From Eubacteriales bacterium (lineage in GTDB: Bacteria > Bacillota > Clostridia > Oscillospirales > CAG-272), in contig JAZOOW010000135.1 in assembly GCA_045655145.1 (NCBI GenBank), forward strand, positions 1 through 39,102: a stretch of 39,102 bases of DNA. The letters are read 5' to 3'. The position numbers and the translations under genes were made by a program. This document shows positions 27,504-35,723 of the stretch, in pieces; the first letter of the stretch is position 1; each line of letters begins with the position of its first letter. The notes beneath the pieces were generated by a model that was not told where the DNA came from, ran no database searches, and saw only the letters and a program-made list of their open reading frames with translations.

Positions 27504-28256
27504 ATGGAGAAAATTTATTCCCTTGAGGGGAGCGTGAAACGCCATGGAAGGGGAAGGCATAGGCGCGGAAAAGGAGGCGGCCGCTCTCCTGTACGGGTGA
27601 TTGCCTTTCTTTTGCTTTCGGCGCTTCTGCTCCTTCTGATATTCAACCTTCAGTTATATCCCGGTGTTGCCGCATTGGCGCGCTCATCGGCAGAAAATCG
27701 GGCCGCCCGTATGATCGCAGCCGCCTTTTCGGACAGCATAGCGGCTATGAATACCGCATATGAGGATATGATCACCGTTCGTTATCGCACAGACGGTGCC
27801 ATTGCCGGGATCACCTGCCACACCGGGGCGCTCAACCGCACACGCAATGAGCTGTTTGCGGCAGTTCTCCAAAAATTAAGGGAGGATGCTTCGGTGACGG
27901 TCGATCTGCCGTTGGGGAGCATTCTGGGAGGAGAGGCCTTTTCGGGGCGCGGTCCCGTACTTCCCGTGCGCGTTTTACTGGCAGAGGGGGCGCACAGCAC
28001 GCTGAAAAGCGATTTTCGCACCGCGGGGATCAACCAAACGCTGCATCGGATCCTGTTTTCGGTAACGGTCAAGCTGGTGATCATGACGCCCTCTCGCCCG
28101 ATCGAAACCAGCGTGACGCAGGAATTTTGTGTGGCGGAAACGGTGATCGTCGGTGATGTTCCGGACGCTTTTACGCAGATCAACCGACTGACGGATGATA
28201 TTCAAGAGGTTGAGATAGACGATATCTTTGATTACGGTGCCGAGGTTCTTCCCTGA
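27504..28256 (+). CDS. yunB: Sporulation protein YunB-like (250 aa)
   Basis: Basic N-terminus plus one TM helix, then the YunB-type pattern LPLGSILGGEAFSGRGPVLPVRV…SDFRTAGINQTLHRI…VAETVIVGDVPDAF. RBS GTGAGGTG upstream. Confidence 0.7.
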   Translation: MEKIYSLEGSVKRHGRGRHRRGKGGGRSPVRVIAFLLLSALLLLLIFNLQLYPGVAALARSSAENRAARMIAAAFSDSIAAMNTAYEDMITVRYRTDGAIAGITCHTGALNRTRNELFAAVLQKLREDASVTVDLPLGSILGGEAFSGRGPVLPVRVLLAEGAHSTLKSDFRTAGINQTLHRILFSVTVKLVIMTPSRPIETSVTQEFCVAETVIVGDVPDAFTQINRLTDDIQEVEIDDIFDYGAEVLP

Positions 28257-28291
28257 TCTCTTGTGAATGGTAAATAAAATTTACAAAGCTC

Positions 28292-28320
28292 TTGCTTTTC
28301 GGGTCGGTTTGTGCTAATAT
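28292..28320 (+). promoter_or_regulatory. Sigma-A type promoter for the XRE-TPR regulator
   Basis: -35 TTGCTT (28292-28297), 17-nt spacer, -10 TAATAT (28315-28320). Confidence 0.4.
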
Positions 28321-28352
28321 AGAGGAGAAAAGAAAAAGAACGGAGAACAGAC

Positions 28353-29198
28353 ATGACACCCGGAGAAAAAATACGCAAGCTGCGGCGCGAGCGACACATG
28401 ACACAGGAGGCGCTGGCAGGGGAGCAGATCACGCGCAACATGCTCTCGCAGATCGAAAAGGGGAGCGCACAGCCCTCTCTTTCCACGCTCGTTTATCTGG
28501 CCGAGCGGCTTGAGATGCCGGTGGGGTACTTCTTCTGTGAAGAGGAGGAGGAGCTGGCCGTGCGCAAAATGCGCGTTATGCCAAAGCTTCGCGAGCTTTT
28601 TTGCGCGGGTGCTTATACGGAATGCCTGCGCCGCTTTGAGCGTGAGCTTGGTGAATGTGATGATGAGCTTGGCTATCTGATGGCCACTGCATCCTTTTAT
28701 TGCGGTAAAAAGGCATGGCAGAACGGTGCCTTTGAAAGCGCGCTGGGGTATTTTACAAACGCACTCGATTACACGGCCGAAACGGTATATCCGACACAAT
28801 GGATACAAGCGGGATGCCGTATTCTAATGCCGATCGCCGCCAATGTACAGTCGCCGCTTTTGGAGATGAATGATCGCTCCTATAAGGATGCACTCCGTGC
28901 GGCAGGCTGTACGGATGTATATGCTTACCTCATGGAGGAGGATACGCACGTCTTTGAAAATCGCTTCTATGCCGAGCACTTGCGTGCAAGAGCCTTGCTG
29001 AAGTCCTCGCATTTTTCGGAAGCTCTTGCCATCTTGGAAAAAATTGAAGCGCAAAAGGGTGCTGATGAGATCACCGCCTTTCTCCTCTTTCGTACCTATC
29101 TGGACATGGAGGTCTGCTACCGTGAGCTTGGCGATTACGAGGGGGCTTACCGCTATGCCAGTAAGCGACTTTCGTTGCTTGCAGCCTTCCGCTCCTGA
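28353..29198 (+). CDS. XRE-family HTH regulator with a C-terminal helical-repeat (TPR-like) domain (281 aa)
   Basis: The N-terminus EKIRKLRRERHMTQEALAGEQITRNMLSQIEKGSAQPSLSTLVYLAERLEMPVGYF is an HTH_3 domain. The remaining ~210 aa are helical and repeat-like (…YRELGDYEGAYRYA…). Confidence 0.75.
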   Translation: MTPGEKIRKLRRERHMTQEALAGEQITRNMLSQIEKGSAQPSLSTLVYLAERLEMPVGYFFCEEEEELAVRKMRVMPKLRELFCAGAYTECLRRFERELGECDDELGYLMATASFYCGKKAWQNGAFESALGYFTNALDYTAETVYPTQWIQAGCRILMPIAANVQSPLLEMNDRSYKDALRAAGCTDVYAYLMEEDTHVFENRFYAEHLRARALLKSSHFSEALAILEKIEAQKGADEITAFLLFRTYLDMEVCYRELGDYEGAYRYASKRLSLLAAFRS

Positions 29199-29217
29199 TA
29201 GCACCGGAATAGCTTCG

Positions 29218-29259
29218 TAAAAAAGCAGGCCAACATAAAGCTGTGTCGGCCTGCTTTTT
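29218..29259. terminator. Bidirectional terminator between the convergent XRE-TPR and recombinase genes
   Basis: AAAAAGCAGGCC…GGCCTGCTTTTT: a 9-bp GC-rich stem plus 2 further pairs, with A/T tracts on both sides. Confidence 0.65.
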
Positions 29260-29303
29260 CGTGTGTTTTCTTGTTTGAGGGTACCCGTGTGTTCCGAAAA
29301 GGC

Positions 29304-30371
29304 TCATTCCTCCTCGTCGGGGACCGTGCTTTCGCCGTAATCTCTCTTCGGTTGATAGCGTGGGCGCTTCAGCTTCAGATCTGAGAGAGGGTTTTTCGTC
29401 ATGGCGCGCTCCATGTTTTCCGAGCTGACATGTGTGTAGATCTGCGTGGTATTCAGCTGCTCGTGGCCGAGGATATCCTTCAGGACGCGCACATCCACCT
29501 CGCCGCTTTGGTACATCAGGGTTGCCGCCGTGTGTCGCAGCTTGTGTACGGAAAGACCGCGATTTTCAAGCCCTGCAGCCTTCAGGTACTTATAGACCAT
29601 CCACTGCACCGTCTTGGGGCTGATCCGCTGATTGCGCACGCTGAGAAAGAGGGCGTTCGTTCTCGTTTCACCGAAAATATGGCTCTCGGCGCGGTGCTCG
29701 ATATACTCAAGGAGCGCGCGGCGGCAAGCGTCGTTCAGATAAATGATGCGCATTTTACTGCCTTTACCCGTTACACGCAAGGAACGCATTTCTGCGTCAA
29801 TGTCATTGAGGTCAATGCCGCAAAGCTCGGAAAGACGCATGCCGCAGTTCAGAAACAGCGTGAGTATGGCAAAATCCCGTACCGCGGTTTTGCTCTCCGC
29901 GTCCTCACGCACGGCAGAGAGAAGGCGCAGGCTTTCATCGTAAGTCAAAAATTTAGGCAGAGCGATGTGCTTTTTGGGGGAATCCACGTTCGCAACGGGA
30001 TTAAACTCCAAGAGGTGCTTCTTGGCGCACAGATAGCGGAAAAAGCTTTTGAGCGTGGAGAGCTTCCGTGAGCGTGCTGCCCACGCGTTTTTTCGGTCAT
30101 TTGAGGCGTATAGCAGGAAATCGTAGATCTGCTCGGTGGTAATACGCGCAATGTAGGGAATATCAATGTGAGAGATGTCGATCTCATAAAACAGGGGGGA
30201 TGTGGTATCCACCGAAAGACGGACGGCCTCCAGATAGCGGAAAAAGGTGCGCAGATCCAAAAGGTATTCACATACCGTTTTTTCCGAGCTTCCCATGACC
30301 ACGCGCTTGTAGGTGGCAAAATCGCGCACCGGAGCAGGGAACAGCTTCAGTTCCTCACTTTTTAATGTCAT
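29304..30371 (-). CDS. Tyrosine site-specific recombinase, XerC/XerD / phage-integrase family (355 aa)
   Basis: N-terminal SAM-like core-binding domain, then a catalytic domain with R (GMRLSEL), K (GKGSKMR), HxxR (HKLRHTAAT), H (LGHEQ) and Y (QIYTHV). Start set at the ATG at 30371. The track's 30458 start lies upstream of an extended -10 (TGTATAAT, 30414-30421 on the minus strand). Confidence 0.85.
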   Translation of the reverse strand: MTLKSEELKLFPAPVRDFATYKRVVMGSSEKTVCEYLLDLRTFFRYLEAVRLSVDTTSPLFYEIDISHIDIPYIARITTEQIYDFLLYASNDRKNAWAARSRKLSTLKSFFRYLCAKKHLLEFNPVANVDSPKKHIALPKFLTYDESLRLLSAVREDAESKTAVRDFAILTLFLNCGMRLSELCGIDLNDIDAEMRSLRVTGKGSKMRIIYLNDACRRALLEYIEHRAESHIFGETRTNALFLSVRNQRISPKTVQWMVYKYLKAAGLENRGLSVHKLRHTAATLMYQSGEVDVRVLKDILGHEQLNTTQIYTHVSSENMERAMTKNPLSDLKLKRPRYQPKRDYGESTVPDEEE

Positions 30372-30470
30372 TGTGGCCAAAACAGCACCCCCCTTCGGTA
30401 ATTTCTTGATTCTATTATACAAAATCCCAATAATTTTTAGTGGATAAACTGTAAACAATTTTCATTTTAC

Positions 30471-30499
30471 TTGCTTTTTAGCATTTGCATGTGTAAAAT
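30471..30499 (+). promoter_or_regulatory. Sigma-A type promoter for the unknown membrane-protein gene
   Basis: -35 TTGCTT (30471-30476), 17-nt spacer, -10 TAAAAT (30494-30499). Confidence 0.4.
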
Positions 30500-30545
30500 A
30501 AAAAGAAGAAGCGTATTGCTTACTATCAAGAACAGAAGAGGACTT

Positions 30546-31121
30546 ATGACTTGGTTCAAGACAAACTCATATTCCATCGTTAAAATGATACTGAATCAGT
30601 TCGGTGTGGCGGTCATGAGCTTGATGCTGATCACGATCACACAAACGCGCGCGGAGCTGATGCTGCTTGCCTGCCTGTATGCGGCGATCTTTTATGTTAT
30701 CCTTTTGTATATGATGACGTGGGAGCTCGGTGCGAAGGACCGCATCCGTGCGGATGCAAGGATCGTGCCGTTTGATGCCTGGCACGGTGTCAAGCTTTCC
30801 CTCGCGGCCAACATCCCCAATTTCCTGATTGCGGTTTTTCTTGGTATTGGCTATCTGTTCGGTGTGATGCTTGTGGAAGAGGGCTGGGCGCAGGCTATGT
30901 TTGGAATCGCGCATACCGTAGGCGTGGTCTGGGAGGCCATGTTTACCGGCCTGATCAACACCTTTATTGATCCTGCCACCGTCAGCAGCCTGTCGCCGCT
31001 TTATATTTTGGCATACTGCTTAACGCCCCTGCCCGCCGTGGCGGCATCCGTCCTCGGCTATGCCATGGGAAGTCACAACCGCCGTATTTTCGGCGCGCTC
31101 TTTGGCTCAAAAAGGAAATGA
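30546..31121 (+). CDS. Hypothetical polytopic membrane protein (191 aa), family not recognised
   Basis: Four to five hydrophobic segments. The ATG at 30546 follows AGAAGAGGA. The upstream part of the tracked ORF overlaps the predicted promoter. Confidence 0.6.
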   Translation: MTWFKTNSYSIVKMILNQFGVAVMSLMLITITQTRAELMLLACLYAAIFYVILLYMMTWELGAKDRIRADARIVPFDAWHGVKLSLAANIPNFLIAVFLGIGYLFGVMLVEEGWAQAMFGIAHTVGVVWEAMFTGLINTFIDPATVSSLSPLYILAYCLTPLPAVAASVLGYAMGSHNRRIFGALFGSKRK

Positions 31122-31142
31122 GCCGTACACATAAATCAAGAA

Positions 31143-31183
31143 CTGCCCCCATATACTGTAAAGGAATGGGGGCGGTCTTTTTT
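31143..31183 (+). terminator. Terminator-like hairpin after the membrane-protein gene, overlapping the cwlD RBS and start
   Basis: CTGCCCCCA (31143-31151) pairs with TGGGGGCGG (31167-31175) around a 15-nt loop, followed by TCTTTTTT (31176-31183). Confidence 0.45.
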
Positions 31184-31922
31184 GAAAAAGCATACAAAAG
31201 CGGGCCTTCGCACAACGATGGGGCTCCTTCTTTTTTCTTCGGTGTTCTTTCTCGCGGCGGCGGTCATGTGTCGGGCAATGCCTTCTCTGGCCCCTGTTGT
31301 GTCGGGCGATCCACAGCCGATCACGGTGGTGTTGGATGCCGGACACGGCGGTGAGGACGGCGGTGCCGTGGGTGTCAACGGCGTACTTGAGAAGGATCTC
31401 AATCTCAAGATCACGAATATGCTCGGAGAGATGCTGGAAAGCGCGGGTGTTTCTGTCGTGTATACGCGCACGGAGGATCGCCTTCTCTATACCGAGGCGC
31501 AGAATATCAAGGGGAAACGCAAGATCTACGATCTCTACAACCGACTTTGCATGGCACGCGAGCAGCCAAACGCGGTTCTTGTCAGCATTCATATGAATAA
31601 GTTTACCGAGGAAAAATACAGCGGTCTGCAGGTCTATTATGCGCTGTCCGATCCCAACAGCCGTGTGCTTGCACAAGCCCTAGACACGCGTGTGAAGCAG
31701 GACCTTCAGCCGAACAACCGCCGCGCTGTCAAGGCGGCGGATGATAATATCTACCTTTTGCACCGCGCCGATTTTCCTGCGGTGCTGGTGGAGTGCGGTT
31801 TTCTCTCCAATTATGCGGAATGTGAAAAACTTTGCCAAGAAGATTATCAAAGACAGTTGTCTTTTTCTCTGTTTTGTGGTATGATGGAATATATCCGAGC
31901 AAACGGAGGAACGTATGCGTGA
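31182..31922 (+). CDS. cwlD: N-acetylmuramoyl-L-alanine amidase, CwlD-like (germination-specific; 246 aa)
   Basis: Signal/anchor segment followed by the Amidase_3 motifs VVLDAGHGGEDGGAVG, LVSIHMN and VLVECGFLSN. Start is uncertain: the TTG at 31182 gives a basic n-region; the ATG at 31218 is the alternative. Confidence 0.8.
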   Translation: MKKHTKAGLRTTMGLLLFSSVFFLAAAVMCRAMPSLAPVVSGDPQPITVVLDAGHGGEDGGAVGVNGVLEKDLNLKITNMLGEMLESAGVSVVYTRTEDRLLYTEAQNIKGKRKIYDLYNRLCMAREQPNAVLVSIHMNKFTEEKYSGLQVYYALSDPNSRVLAQALDTRVKQDLQPNNRRAVKAADDNIYLLHRADFPAVLVECGFLSNYAECEKLCQEDYQRQLSFSLFCGMMEYIRANGGTYA

Positions 31923-33307
31923 AAACACCAAAAAGCATCTTTGTCTGTACCGAGTGCGGTCATAACAGCTCAAAATGGCTGGGGAAATGCCCCTCCTGCG
32001 GTGCATGGGATTCCTTTGATGAGGAGATCCCCGTCGTGGAGGCGGCTCCCCGTGCACTTGCACCGGTAGGTGAGCCTGCCGTGTCTATTGACGAGCTGGA
32101 GCTTTCTACATATATCCGAAGCGCGACCGGTATGGGTGAGCTTGACCGTGTCCTTGGCGGCGGCCTTGTACAGGGATCTGTTGTACTGCTGTCGGGTGAG
32201 CCGGGCATCGGAAAATCTACGCTCCTTATGCAGATCTCTCATACATTGGCCGCAAAATGCCGCGTGCTGTACGTATCCGGTGAGGAATCGCGCGGGCAGC
32301 TCAAGCTGCGTGCCGAGCGGCTGGCCGTCGGCGGGAAAAACCTTTATCTCCTGAATGAAACGGGTATAGACGGCATTTTGTCCGAGTGTCGCCGCCTATC
32401 TCCCGATGTCATTATTGTAGATTCCATTCAGACCGTATACGGAGAACGCATTGCCTCCGCGCCCGGCAGTGTGACGCAGGTGCGTGAGAGTGCCATGGCC
32501 TTCATCGCGCTTGCCAAGCGTGTGGGCTGTGCGGTGATCCTGGTTGGCCATGTCAATAAGGAAGGCGGCATCTCGGGACCGAAGGTGCTTGAGCATATGG
32601 TGGATGCCGTGCTGTATTTTGAGGGGGATCGCCGTCAGGCATACCGCCTCATCCGCGCTATCAAGAACCGCTATGGCTCTACGAATGAGATCGGCGTTTT
32701 TGAAATGAACGACCGTGGGCTTGCCGAGGTGCCAAACCCCTCGGAGATGGTGCTGGATGCCCGCCCCGTAGACAGCTCAGGCAACTGTGCTGCGTGCGTC
32801 ATGGAGGGGAGCCGCCCTCTGATTGCCGAGGTGCAGGCACTTGTGTCTAAAACCTCCTTTCCGGCACCGCGCCGTACCTGTGACGGCTTTGATTACAACC
32901 GCATGTGCTTGCTTCTTGCCGTCTTGGAGAAGCGTTTACGCTTGCGCTTCTCGGAAAATGATGTCTATCTCAACATTGCAGGCGGTATGCGTATTGATGA
33001 GCCGGCCGCCGATCTTTCGGTAGCACTTTCACTCATTTCGGGCATCACCGACCGTGTGCTTCCGCCCTCCCTTGTTGCCTTTGGCGAGATCGGCCTTTCC
33101 GGCGAGGTGCGCGCCGTGACGCACGTGGACTATCGTGTGAAGGAAGCGGCACGCCTTGGATTTACCGTAATCATGCTTCCCGAACGTTGTCTTGGAAAGA
33201 ATTTGCCCGTGCCCAAGGGCGTTGAGCTTTTGGGGGTGCGTAATCTTTTGGAGGTGTTGCGTGCGCTTTCACGGCTCGCACCCCCCGCCTCGGAGCAAAA
33301 GGAATAA
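31919..33307 (+). CDS. radA: DNA repair protein RadA/Sms (462 aa)
   Basis: Zinc ribbon CTECGHNSSKWLGKCPSCGAW, Walker A GEPGIGKST, the KNRYGSTNE (KNRFG-type) motif and a Lon-protease-like C-terminal domain. The GTG at 31919 follows GGAGGA and overlaps the cwlD stop (GTGA). The upstream part of the tracked ORF is an out-of-frame overlap with cwlD. Confidence 0.9.
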   Translation: MKTPKSIFVCTECGHNSSKWLGKCPSCGAWDSFDEEIPVVEAAPRALAPVGEPAVSIDELELSTYIRSATGMGELDRVLGGGLVQGSVVLLSGEPGIGKSTLLMQISHTLAAKCRVLYVSGEESRGQLKLRAERLAVGGKNLYLLNETGIDGILSECRRLSPDVIIVDSIQTVYGERIASAPGSVTQVRESAMAFIALAKRVGCAVILVGHVNKEGGISGPKVLEHMVDAVLYFEGDRRQAYRLIRAIKNRYGSTNEIGVFEMNDRGLAEVPNPSEMVLDARPVDSSGNCAACVMEGSRPLIAEVQALVSKTSFPAPRRTCDGFDYNRMCLLLAVLEKRLRLRFSENDVYLNIAGGMRIDEPAADLSVALSLISGITDRVLPPSLVAFGEIGLSGEVRAVTHVDYRVKEAARLGFTVIMLPERCLGKNLPVPKGVELLGVRNLLEVLRALSRLAPPASEQKE

Positions 33308-33318
33308 AAAAGACAGAG

Positions 33319-33358
33319 GAACCGCAAAGCCTATCGGACGATGGCTTTGCGGTTCTTT
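33319..33358 (+). terminator. Rho-independent terminator of radA
   Basis: GAACCGCAAAGCC (33319-33331) pairs with GGCTTTGCGGTTC (33343-33355), a perfect 13-bp stem, followed by a short TTT. Confidence 0.55.
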
Positions 33359-33490
33359 GCTGAGGGCGGAGAAAAGAGATCCTGCGGCAGAGAGGAGAAG
33401 AATGCAAGATCATTCTCTAAAATTCGTCATTTTGCACAAAAAACTTGCAAAAATTTTTACATACCATGTGTATAAACATCAAAATTTCTC

Positions 33491-33519
33491 TTGCAATTCT
33501 AAACAGGATATTGTATAAT
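33491..33519 (+). promoter_or_regulatory. Sigma-A type promoter for the EF-G paralogue
   Basis: -35 TTGCAA (33491-33496), 17-nt spacer, extended -10 TGTATAAT (33512-33519). Confidence 0.5.
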
Positions 33520-33588
33520 GATTTACAAGGAATGCTTATCATGTAAGTATCATCCCCGAATTGCGTATAGAAAAGGAGAACCACGCAC

Positions 33589-35673
33589 ATGGAAAAAGTT
33601 TTGACAAAAAACATCCGCAACCTTTGCCTGCTCGGCCACAGCGGCGGCGGCAAAACCTCCCTTGCAGAGGCCATGCTTTACATTGCACACGAGACCGACC
33701 GTCTTGGCAAGGTGAGTGAGGGAAATACGGTTTGCGATTATGATCCTGAAGAAATTCGTCGCGGTTTTTCTCTTTCCGCATCCTTGGCTTCCTTGATGTG
33801 GAAGGATATCCGTTTTCATATACTGGATGTTCCCGGTTATTTCGACTTCGAGGGTGAGGTGCACCAGTGTGTACGCGTAGCCGATGCCGCCGTTATCGTT
33901 GTAGACGGTAAGGCAGGCGTTGAGGTCGGTACCGAGCAGGCGTGGGAGATCGCCACCGAGGCAAAAATTCCCAAGGCCTTCTTTATCAACCGCTTTGATG
34001 ATCCCGAGTGCCGATTCCATAAAGCCTTCCACGCTCTGCGCGATCATTTCGGTGTTACCGTTTGTCCCATTCAGATCCCGCTCATTGAGGTGGATAAGGT
34101 CATTGGCTTTGTCAATCTTGTGGAAATGGTCGTTTATACCTTTGAGTCGGCAAGCGGCTCTTATGTCAGCAGTGAGATCCCCGCAGAGTACCGTGAGGTA
34201 TGCGAGGAATACCATAACATGCTTCTTGAATCCATCGCACAAACCAGTGAGGAGCTGATGGAGAAGTTCTTTGAGGGTGAGGAGATCACCCACGATGAGG
34301 CGGTTGAAGCGATCCATACCGGCATCATTCACGGCGATATCACCCCCGTGTTCTGCGGTGCGGCTACCAAGATGTGGGGCATCAAGACCTTTATGGATAC
34401 CATTGCAGGCTCCTTCCCCCGTCCTACCGCACGCGGTGTTGAGCATATCCTTCTGGATGATGGCAGCATTGGCGAGATCCCCGTTGAGAAGGAAAGCAGC
34501 GACACATCACTTTTCGTCTTTAAGACCGTGGCAGATCCCTTTGTCGGTAAGATGTCCTTCTTCAAGGTCATGAGCGGTGAGATCACCGAGAATACCGTGC
34601 TCACCAATACGCGCACGGGCGCGCAGGAGAAGATCGGCCGTATGTACCTCATGCGCGGTAAAAAGCAGATCCCTGCAGAGGTGCTGGTGTGCGGCGATAT
34701 CGCCATCACGACCAAGCTGAACGATACCAATACGGGTGACACGCTGACGACCCGTACAGACGGCATCCGTTACCTGCCGATCACCTATCCGAATCCTTAT
34801 GCCATGCGTGCGGTCAAGCCGCTTTCCAAGGGGGACGAGGATAAGATCTCGCTTGGCATTGCCCGTCTGCTTGAGGAGGATCCCACCATCCGCTTTGAAA
34901 ACAACCCGGAGACCAAGCAGCTCGTGCTGTACGGCCTTGGTGATACCCATCTCGACGTAGTGGTTGCCAAGCTGAAATCCCGTTTCGGCACCTCGGTTGA
35001 GCTGACAACGCCCCGTGTTCCGTACCGCGAGACCATCCGCCGCAAGGTAGATGCCGAGGGTAAGCATAAAAAGCAGTCCGGCGGTGCAGGGCAGTACGGT
35101 CACGTCAAGATCCACTTCGCCCCCGGCGAGGAGGAGGGGCTTACCTTTACCGAGTCGGTCTTTGGCGGTGCTGTGCCGAAGAACTTCTTCCCGGCTGTTG
35201 AGAAGGGACTTCTTGATGCCATGGCAGAGGGCGGCGTTCTCGCAGGCTATCCGATGGTACGTCTGGCCGCTGATCTCTATGACGGCTCCTACCATGATGT
35301 AGATTCTAACGAGATCTCCTTCAAGCTGGCGGCGCGTCTTGCATACCGTGACGGACTTCTCCGTGCGGATCCCACCCTGCTTGAGCCGATCGTTTCCTTG
35401 CGTGTAGAGATCCCCGATGATTACGTCGGCGACGTTCTGGGCGATCTCAACCGTCGCCGCGGCCGTGTGATGGGGATTGAGGCGCACGAGCACCGCGCAG
35501 GCCGTCAGATCGTGCAGGCAGACGTTCCGCTTGCGGAAATGAGTGACTATGTCACCTCTCTCCGTGCCGCAACGCAGGGAAGAGGCCGCTTTGATTATGA
35601 GTTTGCCCGTTATGAGGAGGTCCCCTCCGCCCTGACGGAAAAGATCGTGGCCGAGGCAAAGGCCAACGTATAA
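33589..35673 (+). CDS. Elongation factor G family GTPase, divergent paralogue (694 aa)
   Basis: G1 motif GHSGGGKTS, G3 DVPGY, G4 NRFD, then the EF-G domains II-V (…VFKTVADPFVGKMSFFKVMSG…, …YRETI…, …GAGQYGHV…, …LLEPI…). RBS AAAGGAGAA upstream. Confidence 0.85.
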   Translation: MEKVLTKNIRNLCLLGHSGGGKTSLAEAMLYIAHETDRLGKVSEGNTVCDYDPEEIRRGFSLSASLASLMWKDIRFHILDVPGYFDFEGEVHQCVRVADAAVIVVDGKAGVEVGTEQAWEIATEAKIPKAFFINRFDDPECRFHKAFHALRDHFGVTVCPIQIPLIEVDKVIGFVNLVEMVVYTFESASGSYVSSEIPAEYREVCEEYHNMLLESIAQTSEELMEKFFEGEEITHDEAVEAIHTGIIHGDITPVFCGAATKMWGIKTFMDTIAGSFPRPTARGVEHILLDDGSIGEIPVEKESSDTSLFVFKTVADPFVGKMSFFKVMSGEITENTVLTNTRTGAQEKIGRMYLMRGKKQIPAEVLVCGDIAITTKLNDTNTGDTLTTRTDGIRYLPITYPNPYAMRAVKPLSKGDEDKISLGIARLLEEDPTIRFENNPETKQLVLYGLGDTHLDVVVAKLKSRFGTSVELTTPRVPYRETIRRKVDAEGKHKKQSGGAGQYGHVKIHFAPGEEEGLTFTESVFGGAVPKNFFPAVEKGLLDAMAEGGVLAGYPMVRLAADLYDGSYHDVDSNEISFKLAARLAYRDGLLRADPTLLEPIVSLRVEIPDDYVGDVLGDLNRRRGRVMGIEAHEHRAGRQIVQADVPLAEMSDYVTSLRAATQGRGRFDYEFARYEEVPSALTEKIVAEAKANV

Positions 35674-35678
35674 AATAT

Positions 35679-35711
35679 AAAAAGGAACAGAACGTGTGTC
35701 TGTTCCTTTTT
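35679..35711. terminator. Bidirectional terminator between the convergent EF-G paralogue and the EamA gene
   Basis: AAAAAGGAACAGA-ACGTGTG-TCTGTTCCTTTTT. Confidence 0.75.
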
Positions 35712-35723
35712 ATATTTCGGAGC

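Noticed and set aside
29304-30371. The tyrosine recombinase as a marker of an integrated mobile element or prophage.
   Set aside because: There is no compositional break, no flanking repeats or att-like duplication, and no phage, conjugation or transposition genes on either side. The neighbours are sporulation and repair genes (yunB, cwlD, radA).
30425-30470. A dif-like site near the tyrosine recombinase (…GGATAAACTGTAAACAA…, reminiscent of the TGTAAAC arm of Firmicute dif).
   Set aside because: Only the 7-nt TGTAAAC core matches. The opposite arm and the central spacing do not resemble the 28-bp dif consensus when aligned by eye. The sequence sits inside an AT-rich promoter region where such heptamers occur by chance.
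33402-33518. 38-codon ORF (MQDHSLKFVILHKKLAKIFTYHVYKHQNFSCNSKQDIV) in the radA/EF-G spacer, preceded by GAGGAGAAG.
   Set aside because: It lies in AT-rich DNA that also carries the strong EF-G promoter (33491-33519) within its 3' end. RBS spacing is short, and the peptide has no signal sequence or recognisable motif. It is more likely non-coding promoter DNA.
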